From positions 11,802 to 75,801 of IMG/VR virus record IMGVR_UViG_3300024549_000205: DNA of 64,000 bases; one strand, 5' to 3'. The position numbers were made by a program, and so were the translations under genes. Source of the stretch: a virus (taxonomy: Duplodnaviria; Caudoviricetes). The stretch's first letter is position 1. The number at the start of each line of letters is the position of its first letter. The notes below the pieces were generated by a model. It saw nothing but the letters and a program-made list of their open reading frames with translations, had not been told where the DNA came from and made no database searches. This document shows positions 1-8,074 of the stretch, piece after piece.

Positions 1-216
1 AATGATCTCTACAAGCTCATCGTTCTGCTCTTGTAGATTCTTAATCTCTTCATTTTTTAGTAATAGATGTTGTTTGCAAAAATCTCCGTTAACAAGATCT
101 TTAACTACTTCTCTAGCTACTTTTTCATTCAATACTATCTTTTTGATGGTATCTGTCTGTGAAATACTCTTGAAGCTCACTAATAGACATAGTATCAATA
201 ACCTTAATTGTGTCAT
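1..216 (-). CDS. Partial secreted coiled-coil protein, putative second spanin-like component (not in the ORF track; runs off the window edge)
   Basis: Manual translation from ATG at 216 gives MTQLRLLILCLLVSFKSISQTDTIKKIVLNEKVAREVVKDLVNGDFCKQHLLLKNEEIKNLQEQNDELVEII, open to base 1. It has a signal peptide and overlaps the upstream 116-aa gene by 92 nt, in an Rz/Rz1-like layout. Confidence 0.7.
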   Translation of the reverse strand, partial: MTQLRLLILCLLVSFKSISQTDTIKKIVLNEKVAREVVKDLVNGDFCKQHLLLKNEEIKNLQEQNDELVEII

Positions 217-475
217 GTTGTATTTGTATTAATGTTTTTTCTTTTTGAATAATAGTACTTTCACTAATTTTTAAACTATCAAGTTTATTCCAGTGTAGTT
301 CTTCTTTTTGCTCAAGTACTTCAATCTCTTTTTCAAGACGTTGCTTTTCTTTTTCTAATTCACTATTCTGTCCTATTCCATAAAACAAGAATAGAAAGAA
401 CAGTATAATTAAAATGGACCCAAGCCATTGTTGTTTTATGAAATTACTTATACGGTACATAACTTGTTTTACCAC
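125..475 (-). CDS. Putative inner-membrane spanin (N-terminal TM helix plus periplasmic coiled coil)
   Basis: Hydrophobic WLGSILIILFFLFLFYGIG followed by a heptad-rich EKEKQRLEKEIEVLEQKEE segment; follows the endolysins. Confidence 0.6.
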   Translation of the reverse strand: MVKQVMYRISNFIKQQWLGSILIILFFLFLFYGIGQNSELEKEKQRLEKEIEVLEQKEELHWNKLDSLKISESTIIQKEKTLIQIQHDTIKVIDTMSISELQEYFTDRYHQKDSIE

Positions 476-905
476 CTGATTTAACAGCTTTTAAAATTTG
501 TTTACGTTGTTTACCAGTTGATTCATATGATACATGAACCCAATCAGGATTTTTATCAGTACCAAATTCCCAAATCATTTGATCAAAGTTTAAGTTGTCT
601 TTAATGAACTTAAATATTTGTGCATTAGTTATTGATGTACCATCCATATCAATATCAATTGCTTCACCAGAACAATGCTGAGAGGACAAACTTCCTCCAA
701 TAGCAGTATTAAGAGCCTTGCTTCTGTACCCTGATGAAATATGAATAGGAACTTCAAAGTGTTCTCTAATTGGCTGGAATATATTCTCAGCTAACTTTTT
801 AAAATTTTCAATGTGTTCTGGAGTTGGCATATTGCTAATTCCTTTTCTCTTTGCAGTTTCACTTCTTGTTACTTCTGCTAACGATAGGTTTTCTGATAAT
901 TGCAT
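444..905 (-). CDS. Peptidase M15A-type (D-Ala-D-Ala carboxypeptidase fold) endolysin
   Basis: Motifs ISSGYRS..LN.AIGG...SQH..GEAIDI and WVHVSY (Zn ligands H, D, H). Confidence 0.9.
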   Translation of the reverse strand: MQLSENLSLAEVTRSETAKRKGISNMPTPEHIENFKKLAENIFQPIREHFEVPIHISSGYRSKALNTAIGGSLSSQHCSGEAIDIDMDGTSITNAQIFKFIKDNLNFDQMIWEFGTDKNPDWVHVSYESTGKQRKQILKAVKSGGKTSYVPYK

Positions 906-908
906 AAT

Positions 909-1367
909 TTATTTTTTAAAATATAATTTAGATTCTGCTTCTCTTCTTGCTACAAGACCTTTCAAAGTTTTTCCTCCTGCTTTTACCCATTTCATAAACT
1001 CTAGTTTAATACTTTCGTCTGCAGGATTAGCATTCACTTTCTTCAATAGAGTGGAAGATTTTAAATTTGCTGGACCTAAGTTATAAGCAAATGATACTAA
1101 TGCATCAAATTGATTTTGATTGATGTCATCTCTACAATAACTATCTACATACTTCTCAAAACTAACAAGCATATGTTTTAATAACTCAACTGATTCTGTT
1201 TCAGTAAGAGCTTTATCAGTCATTGTTACTTTCTTACCATTAGGATAGAATGTTGCTCCATACCCAATTGTTGGTATACCTGCTGGACATTTGTATGGAG
1301 CTGATTTAAACCCTTCAAAGGTTTTAATCAATTCAACACCTGCCACTCCTGTTTTAGTTATCTTCAT
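909..1367 (-). CDS. GH24 phage lysozyme (endolysin)
   Basis: LIKTFEGF..APYKCPAGIPTIGYG, QNQFDALVSFAYNLG, GLVARREAE; catalytic E-x8-(D/C)-x5-T with Cys in the D position. Confidence 0.92.
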   Translation of the reverse strand: MKITKTGVAGVELIKTFEGFKSAPYKCPAGIPTIGYGATFYPNGKKVTMTDKALTETESVELLKHMLVSFEKYVDSYCRDDINQNQFDALVSFAYNLGPANLKSSTLLKKVNANPADESIKLEFMKWVKAGGKTLKGLVARREAESKLYFKK

Positions 1368-1591
1368 TATTGTTTACTCTTAGTAAATTTATCAATTGAT
1401 GTAAGGCCTAATGCACCAAATGCAAACAAAGCTACAGACTCTACAAGAACATCTGAAGGCTTAATTAATTCATGACTGAATGTGTTAGCAATTAAAGATG
1501 CTACAAGTGCAACAACACATAAAAGTCCTGCTACACGTTTAGATGAAACTCTATTTGATTCATCACTTACTAATTCTTTCCAAAAGCTCAT
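1367..1591 (-). CDS. Putative holin (2 TM)
   Basis: 74 aa, SSKR motif then two hydrophobic helices and a basic tail; TAATG-coupled to the lysozyme. Confidence 0.65.
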   Translation of the reverse strand: MSFWKELVSDESNRVSSKRVAGLLCVVALVASLIANTFSHELIKPSDVLVESVALFAFGALGLTSIDKFTKSKQ

Positions 1592-1593
1592 AA

Positions 1594-2349
1594 CTATTTA
1601 ATTTTATTATTACTATTTTCTTGTGTGGCATATTTAATACCCATAATTGTACCAACTATTGAAAATGCGTTTGTCAATAAGACACTAAACATGTTACTCC
1701 AAGTAGACCCAATAATTTGAGTTTCTTTATTTGTTACAATAGCTGCCCAATATAATACAGTTGTTACAATTCCAACACCTATTATTACTGCCAAAGCACA
1801 TTTAACAATCACTTTTATTAACTCACTTTGACCTTTTTTTATAATTACATCTAAATCATTCAAAGCAGCATCTTTTTCTTTCTCTATTGAATCTTTAAGT
1901 TTTTCAGATTTTTCCAACTCAATCTGTAAGTCTTTAGATAAAGCATCAATCTTGTTTTTACTATCTACTGTTTCAGTAATGTCAGTAGCAATCTTCATTA
2001 TTTTTGTAATATTACCCTCTTCATTAAAAATAGGATTGTAAGTTGCTTGTAAATAAATAGGACTGCCATCTATTTTTTTTCTTTCAAACTCTCCTTCAAA
2101 GAATATACCCTCTCTTAATTTTTCCCAAAACTTAACGTACTCATCAGATTTAGAATACTCATAAGTAACAAAAATACTATGATGTTTTCCAATAAGTTTT
2201 TCGTGTTCATCTTCTTGAAAACCCATAGTCTTTAAAAAGATAGAATTTACTCCCAATATAAAACCTTCTAAATCAAAATAAATAATAGCATTACTTCTAT
2301 TAATAGCTTCAAGACGACTTAATAGCTCTTCTTTAGGTAGGTTTTTCAT
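1594..2349 (-). CDS. PAS-domain membrane protein (PAS/PAC + coiled coil + 2 TM) in the lysis cassette
   Basis: AIIYFDLEGFILGVNSIFL...LIGKHHSIF...FWEKLREG..FEGEFERKKIDGSPIYLQATYNPI...KIMKIATDIT is a BdlA/chemoreceptor-type PAS; C-terminal hydrophobic segments. Confidence 0.85.
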   Translation of the reverse strand: MKNLPKEELLSRLEAINRSNAIIYFDLEGFILGVNSIFLKTMGFQEDEHEKLIGKHHSIFVTYEYSKSDEYVKFWEKLREGIFFEGEFERKKIDGSPIYLQATYNPIFNEEGNITKIMKIATDITETVDSKNKIDALSKDLQIELEKSEKLKDSIEKEKDAALNDLDVIIKKGQSELIKVIVKCALAVIIGVGIVTTVLYWAAIVTNKETQIIGSTWSNMFSVLLTNAFSIVGTIMGIKYATQENSNNKIK

Positions 2350-2669
2350 TATGATGTAATATTTTTATATAATGTAGATATGTATTGTAATAAGACACCT
2401 ATCCCTACGATTATACCTACAGTCCAGGTAAATCGTTTCTTAAACTCTTCTTGTTTTTGAATCTTAGTTTCTAAATCTTTGATTCGTTCTTTAAGTTCAG
2501 TTATGTCTGTAACAAATCCACCAGTTTTTGTCAAAGCATTACCTAATATAGCATCCACCACTTGTGTTAGTTTGCTATCTATAGAGGTCATTTTTTCCTC
2601 TAGATCGTATAAACGTTGATCCATGCTCTTCAATTCTTTTTCTACTTGTTGTTCAAATGATTGGGCCAT
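2349..2669 (-). CDS. Coiled-coil protein with a C-terminal TM helix, holin/XhlA-like
   Basis: Heptad repeats followed by FTWTVGIIVGIGVLLQYI; first gene of the lysis cluster. Confidence 0.55.
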   Translation of the reverse strand: MAQSFEQQVEKELKSMDQRLYDLEEKMTSIDSKLTQVVDAILGNALTKTGGFVTDITELKERIKDLETKIQKQEEFKKRFTWTVGIIVGIGVLLQYISTLYKNITS

Positions 2670-2766
2670 ACTGGTAAAGATTTTTATATATATATTACTT
2701 ATTTAAACGCAAAATGCCCAAGCTCGAAGTTGAGTGGGTTTGTTGGTTACATATATAATTAAAGAA

Positions 2767-2829
2767 CAAATATAAATTGTTTATTCCATATAAAGAAATG
2801 CTAATATTATATTTCTGATATAATATAGC
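2767..2829 (-). promoter_or_regulatory. Bacteroidota-type -7 box (TATATTTG, 2767-2774) with upstream GCTATATTAT element (2820-2829); likely lysis promoter
   Basis: Exact TAnnTTTG match in the intergenic region; the same element and spacing recur at 3257-3319. Confidence 0.6.
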
Positions 2830-2861
2830 ATAAGGTAAATATATTTACGTAGAGCTTGTTC

Positions 2862-3251
2862 TTAGTGAACAATCTTTAAAAGATCTCCTGTACGATATAT
2901 TTGACCAACACTCAATCCTGCAAATATAGCAGAAGCATTATCAGAATATTGAGGAGTGATTTTAGGTGTTGTTAATACAATACTCCAATCATTTGATCCA
3001 GCACCTACTGACTTAGCAAAATATAATATAGAATTAGTTGTATTCAAATAAAGCTGTCCTATATATGTAGCAGAAGTAGTAGGAGCAGTGGTACCAGTTT
3101 TTGGTACCAAGTTATTATTTATTTTAGCTAATATAGACTCAAGACTTTCTAAAGGATTGGCTTGTATATTAGTTAAATAAGAGCCATTGTATATAATGCA
3201 TTTAGCATTTTCATATGTGGCACACGTTGGGCAAATTGCAGCTGTTCTCAT
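2862..3251 (-). CDS. Small fibre/decoration protein with a Cys-containing N-terminal anchor module
   Basis: CIIYNGSYL...ESLESILAKIN matches the N-termini of ORFs 45116-45895, 45915-47621 and 47634-48713; C-terminus has fibre-type GQLYLNT and GQIYRTG motifs. Confidence 0.6.
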   Translation of the reverse strand: MRTAAICPTCATYENAKCIIYNGSYLTNIQANPLESLESILAKINNNLVPKTGTTAPTTSATYIGQLYLNTTNSILYFAKSVGAGSNDWSIVLTTPKITPQYSDNASAIFAGLSVGQIYRTGDLLKIVH

Positions 3252-3256
3252 GTGAG

Positions 3257-3319
3257 CAAATTTATATATTAATTATGTATTATAAAAGGGTGTATGTTAG
3301 ATATTTGGTATAATATAGC
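3257..3319 (-). promoter_or_regulatory. -7 box (TAAATTTG, 3257-3264) with upstream GCTATATTAT element (3310-3319)
   Basis: TAnnTTTG lies only 5 nt before the ATG at 3251. Confidence 0.6.
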
Positions 3320-3321
3320 GT

Positions 3322-6300
3322 TTATCTACTTCTTGATTCTCCAGTAACTCGTATACCTTGTTCTTTAGCCAATTCTGGATACAAGTAAGGTAATAATTCA
3401 TTTTGAAATTGTGCAGCTACAGGAATCATATTAAAGAAGTATTTAGTAGGGTGTGATTTTTCAATCATCTCTTCATCGCCTGAAACTTGTCCATACATTT
3501 CTCTACCTGTATACCAAAACACTTGTGTAGCTCTACTTAAAAGCCCAAGAGATGGAATTACAGATCCTTTAGTCATACTTTCAAATGATAAAGGATTGTA
3601 GTAGAAAGTAATCTCATCAGACACTTTATTTACAAGTTTTAGATACCACTTGTATCTATTTTTTTCTTCTTCTGTAGCATCTTCTGGTGGTTCAGCTGCT
3701 TTAGCTGCAAGAACTAATGACATCATTCCAAACAATAAGTATAGTTCTTTCATTTGATTACCTATTTGTTCTCTGATAAGATCTTGGAATTCCTCTTCTG
3801 TAATCTCTAATTCTTGACCAGTCTTTCTAAAGTAATCTAATTTCTTAGCCTCAAGCATTTCATTAAGAATTTGTAATCCTTCATCAGTACCAGTTATAAT
3901 GGCTCTCATTTTTGATATGTTTCTAAACCCTACATGTTGCCAAGTTTTAACAAACGCTCTAGTTCTACCATATTCCCATTTATCAAGTTCTGCATTTTTA
4001 TCAATTCCTAACGTATGTTCAGCAACTAACTTAGGCATCCAGTTTTTGAACATCATGAATGAACTAAATATAGTATCTCTTCTGTACCCAGCTTTATTGT
4101 CTTCATTCATCTGACCATTAAGCTTTCTACCATATTCAATAATAGATGTACGAAACTTAGCTAACTCTGAATCACTCACTCCTGGAATAATCACTTCATC
4201 ATTTTCAATAGTAGCCACCTTATCTAATGAAGAAGATTCTTTTAATTCTTTAACTCTTTCATTAAATGATTTCTCTAAAGCTTTTCTTTCGCTTTCAGAC
4301 AATTCTTTTCTAGCATTTCTATCTTGTTGTTTTAAGTACTGAACTATGTTCACAATCTTACCATCTACAACCATTGAGTTATCGATAATACTCAATGCAT
4401 TACCCATTTGTAATCTTCTTTCAGCAAAAGAGTTAGTTGACATCATCACATCAGTGAATGTCCATGTAGACAGGTATTTACCAAGTCCTTGTTTCTTAGC
4501 TATCTTTCTTCTTTCTTCTGTAGTAACATCTTCATTCAGTGGTACAATAAGATCTAAAAGTCCTTTTTGTATTACAGTGAAACCTTTTCCTGTAACAACC
4601 TTTAAGTTGTTCTTTTGAAATTCTGCAAATGAATACATTGTTCCACCATTAACGAATGCTTGAAAGTTGTATCCAATAAAGTTGGCTATAGCAATAAGAG
4701 GTTTAAGACCAACCGCAAGAGATCTAGTTAATGTATCAGCATTACTTAAAAGCTTTTTAGCATTCACTGTCTTAGCTTCTTTTTCTTCTTCTGTCTTACC
4801 AAATTTTTCTCCAAACGTAGCAAAACCAACATTCCCTAATGAACCAAGATCTTGTCCTAGTTTGTATAGTCCATCTTCAATAATCACTTGTAATATATCT
4901 GCATTCTTATTTTCTGATTCATTTACACTCAACTCTCCATCTGTAAACTGAACAACACCATTCTCAACTATAAGACTTCCTTTAGATTTTTCAACAGCAT
5001 GTAATGTAAGAAGAGTGTTCTCTAAGTTCTTAGAACTTTCATATTCTAATAAAGACTTAACCCACATTGCACCCACCTTATTAAGGTCAGTAGACAATTG
5101 GTTCACAGCTTTATCTGTTTGAGTAAAGTATTTAGGAATTGACTTTCTCACTTTACCTGTCTCAGGATCAATTTTAGAAAGGTTTTGTCCCTCATTAATT
5201 CTAGTTTGATAGAAGTCTGTCCATAAAGATTCTTTTGCTTGAGCAGTTACATCATTTGTCTGTGCAAACTTCTGAAGAATGGTAGCTTCTATTAATGGAA
5301 AGAATGAACTTCCTTGTTTATCAAGGTAACCCATTTGTCTAGCTTTAGCATTCAAATCGCTGAAGAATTGCCACACATCATGAGCAGCTTTATTTTTACG
5401 AAGATCTTCATACTCTTTAGAATACTTACCATCTTCAATCATTGTTTCTCTGAATAACTGTTTGAATCTGTAATTATCGTATCCATCAAAGTATTCACTA
5501 TGTATATCTAAGGAATCTCTTAGTTTAGCTTTTCTCCAAGTACGTTGTAATGAATCTTCTTCTTGATCATTTGAGAATACAGTTTTATCAAGATCTGTCA
5601 ATCCTTTATCAATTGCAGCCTTAGAAAGTTTATCATACTCCTCAATATTCATGTTCTTTAAAAAGAAATCTTTATCACGTTTCTCTCTAGCATCTTTTAA
5701 TTTATTCCAGAACGCAACGTCAAACTTTCTAATAAGGTTTAACCCTGTTGGAGACATTGTACCAATTAAGTCAAATGCATTCACTCCTCTTGCTGCAGCT
5801 TCTTTTTCTAATGGAATAAGAAGTTTCTCATACTCTTTCATTTTTCTTGAAAACTCAATATTCACAAGACTATTTGCATTCATAAGCATGTTTGACGCAA
5901 GCTTAATAATCTTAGCAGAAAGTTTAGATCCTTCTAAAAATGTTTTAGCAAAACCATCAATTTCTTTCTCAGCTTTCAATATAGTGGTTTTAGTCTCTTC
6001 TGTTGTGACTCCTTCTTTAATACCTAAGTGTACAGCATATTGATTTTGTAATTCAGAAATCTCATTCAACATTCGACCTGCCATAGAAGCAATGTGCTCT
6101 AGTTCTTTCAATATCTTTTTATTGTCATCAGTCATTCCCTCTCTTGTATATTCAGAAAGAAACACTTGATCCATTGATGTAAACTTTACAGCACTCACAC
6201 CATATTCAATTAAGTCTCCAAGCTTTTTATCTAACTCTTCTTTACTTATTGTATTATAGTCTATTTTAGCAAAGTCATCCAATGAAGTTCTTGCATTATT

Positions 6301-8073
6301 CAAGAATGATTTACCTACAGTTACTAAAGGTTCGAAGTTTAATTTAACATGTAAGTTACGAATAGCAGTGCTTAACTTATTGATTTCTAAGATTTTAGTA
6401 TATCTATCTTCAGGAGATACTGGTTTCTTATATAGTTTTTCCCATTGCTCTCTCAATGATTTTACAAGAGAATCAATTTTTGGGTTACCTGTGCTCTCTG
6501 AGTTAATAGGAACTGGAAGTAAGTATAGATTTGTTTCTTCTAATGAATTTAGTTTACCTATTTCCATAGATGTAGGAGCAGAGAATCCACTTTCAGGTTT
6601 TCCTTCAACTGCATAGTTGTAGTTGATAACAAATGGAATCATCCTCGCTTTTCTTAATTGAGCAGGTTGTAATCCATAGTTATATAAAATCTTAGTGTAC
6701 TCACCCATCTGAGCTTTCCAGTCTTTCTGTTTACCCCAGTGAATATCTTCATCCACACTTTTGTTTACAGATGTAGTTTTCCAGTCAAGGATATCCACTT
6801 TAATATCATCTGTTCCATCTTCTTTTTGATAAGGTTCAAGAGCCATGAAATCAACTGCAGATGCAAGTTTACCTTTCACTCTCTGATTAACCACCTTAGC
6901 TTCTAATATGAAACGTGTACCTGGTTTGTAAGAGCTGATGAGCTCTGTAGCAAATGCTTCTATTCTTGTTTGAACTTTAGGATCAAGTTTAGTTGCTATA
7001 GCATTGGTTAATGCTACATCTCTTTTATATCCATCTTTATCTATAAGATTGTTAGTTACAAATTTATATATATAATCATGTATTTCAGTTCCCCAGTCTT
7101 TCTTCTGATCATCTAAGAACTTCTGAAGATCAGTTCTATCAGGAAGAGTTTTTTTAAGTGATGCTGTTACAGAAGGAATTTGTTCAGGTAGATCATCAAG
7201 AACATAATGTCTTGGTATTTTTTTACCTGACTCATCTGTTGTTTCATCCACCACTTTTAATCTATTACTAAAATCTATAACTGTATCGTAGAGTTTATCT
7301 ACAATAGAGTTTTTAACTTGATAGAATATACCACCATTAGTAATATTAGAAACTACTCCACCTACATTAGCAGATAACACTTTACGTGAAGTTTGTTGGA
7401 AGATATCTATATTAGATTTTCTATATTGTCCTCTGATGAAATCAAGAATAGTATCCCACCATTTTTGTACCATAGAACGTTCTGTTTCAGCCATTAGTTC
7501 AGGAAACTGTGTAGAGCCTTCAGATTGATTGATAATTAATTCAGCTATAAGTTTATCTACAGCTTCTTTTTTTATCTTTCTAATATCTGGTTTTCCATTA
7601 GCTAACTGATACGCTTTCTTTCCTTTATATGCTTTTAATGTTTCATCATAGATTTTAAATCTAGTAATTTTAGAAATCATTTCTGTAACAAGCTTTGGAT
7701 TAGTTTGTTCTAATATAGCTGTAGCAATGTGCACCACCTCTTCTGTTAAAGTGTATCCTTCCATTCCTTGAGCAATAGCTATTACTCCTTTAATAAGATC
7801 AGCAAGACCATTGACTCCTTTAGTATCTATATCAGGATTACCTTTAGAATAATCTTCTAAAGTTACAATATCTAAATCCATTTGCTTAGCAACATCTTTC
7901 ATCATAGCCACTGTTTCATTAGAAGCTTTTGATGCAGGATGTTCAGTTTGAAAATATTCTTTTTGAGGAACTTCCCCTTCGTAAAATTCCCAAAGATAGT
8001 GGGCCATGTTTTCACCTCTGGCAGTCACTAAGGACTGCCATTCTTGTGAACTAGTATTTATACAACTTATCAT
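3322..8073 (-). CDS. Large virion cargo/ejection protein with a degenerate zincin-like region and a PD-(D/E)xK nuclease domain
   Basis: EEVVH...KKEAVDKLIA; WGTEIH...E...AVDFM...ILDWKT...QMGEY (RecB/Cas4-like); lies directly after the RNAP gene, as in crAss-like phages. Confidence 0.7.
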   Translation of the reverse strand: MISCINTSSQEWQSLVTARGENMAHYLWEFYEGEVPQKEYFQTEHPASKASNETVAMMKDVAKQMDLDIVTLEDYSKGNPDIDTKGVNGLADLIKGVIAIAQGMEGYTLTEEVVHIATAILEQTNPKLVTEMISKITRFKIYDETLKAYKGKKAYQLANGKPDIRKIKKEAVDKLIAELIINQSEGSTQFPELMAETERSMVQKWWDTILDFIRGQYRKSNIDIFQQTSRKVLSANVGGVVSNITNGGIFYQVKNSIVDKLYDTVIDFSNRLKVVDETTDESGKKIPRHYVLDDLPEQIPSVTASLKKTLPDRTDLQKFLDDQKKDWGTEIHDYIYKFVTNNLIDKDGYKRDVALTNAIATKLDPKVQTRIEAFATELISSYKPGTRFILEAKVVNQRVKGKLASAVDFMALEPYQKEDGTDDIKVDILDWKTTSVNKSVDEDIHWGKQKDWKAQMGEYTKILYNYGLQPAQLRKARMIPFVINYNYAVEGKPESGFSAPTSMEIGKLNSLEETNLYLLPVPINSESTGNPKIDSLVKSLREQWEKLYKKPVSPEDRYTKILEINKLSTAIRNLHVKLNFEPLVTVGKSFLNNARTSLDDFAKIDYNTISKEELDKKLGDLIEYGVSAVKFTSMDQVFLSEYTREGMTDDNKKILKELEHIASMAGRMLNEISELQNQYAVHLGIKEGVTTEETKTTILKAEKEIDGFAKTFLEGSKLSAKIIKLASNMLMNANSLVNIEFSRKMKEYEKLLIPLEKEAAARGVNAFDLIGTMSPTGLNLIRKFDVAFWNKLKDAREKRDKDFFLKNMNIEEYDKLSKAAIDKGLTDLDKTVFSNDQEEDSLQRTWRKAKLRDSLDIHSEYFDGYDNYRFKQLFRETMIEDGKYSKEYEDLRKNKAAHDVWQFFSDLNAKARQMGYLDKQGSSFFPLIEATILQKFAQTNDVTAQAKESLWTDFYQTRINEGQNLSKIDPETGKVRKSIPKYFTQTDKAVNQLSTDLNKVGAMWVKSLLEYESSKNLENTLLTLHAVEKSKGSLIVENGVVQFTDGELSVNESENKNADILQVIIEDGLYKLGQDLGSLGNVGFATFGEKFGKTEEEKEAKTVNAKKLLSNADTLTRSLAVGLKPLIAIANFIGYNFQAFVNGGTMYSFAEFQKNNLKVVTGKGFTVIQKGLLDLIVPLNEDVTTEERRKIAKKQGLGKYLSTWTFTDVMMSTNSFAERRLQMGNALSIIDNSMVVDGKIVNIVQYLKQQDRNARKELSESERKALEKSFNERVKELKESSSLDKVATIENDEVIIPGVSDSELAKFRTSIIEYGRKLNGQMNEDNKAGYRRDTIFSSFMMFKNWMPKLVAEHTLGIDKNAELDKWEYGRTRAFVKTWQHVGFRNISKMRAIITGTDEGLQILNEMLEAKKLDYFRKTGQELEITEEEFQDLIREQIGNQMKELYLLFGMMSLVLAAKAAEPPEDATEEEKNRYKWYLKLVNKVSDEITFYYNPLSFESMTKGSVIPSLGLLSRATQVFWYTGREMYGQVSGDEEMIEKSHPTKYFFNMIPVAAQFQNELLPYLYPELAKEQGIRVTGESRSR

Positions 8074-8074
8074 A

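Noticed and set aside
2717-2738. Possible terminator hairpin upstream of the lysis cassette
   Set aside because: The stem is short and bulged, too weak to call by eye.
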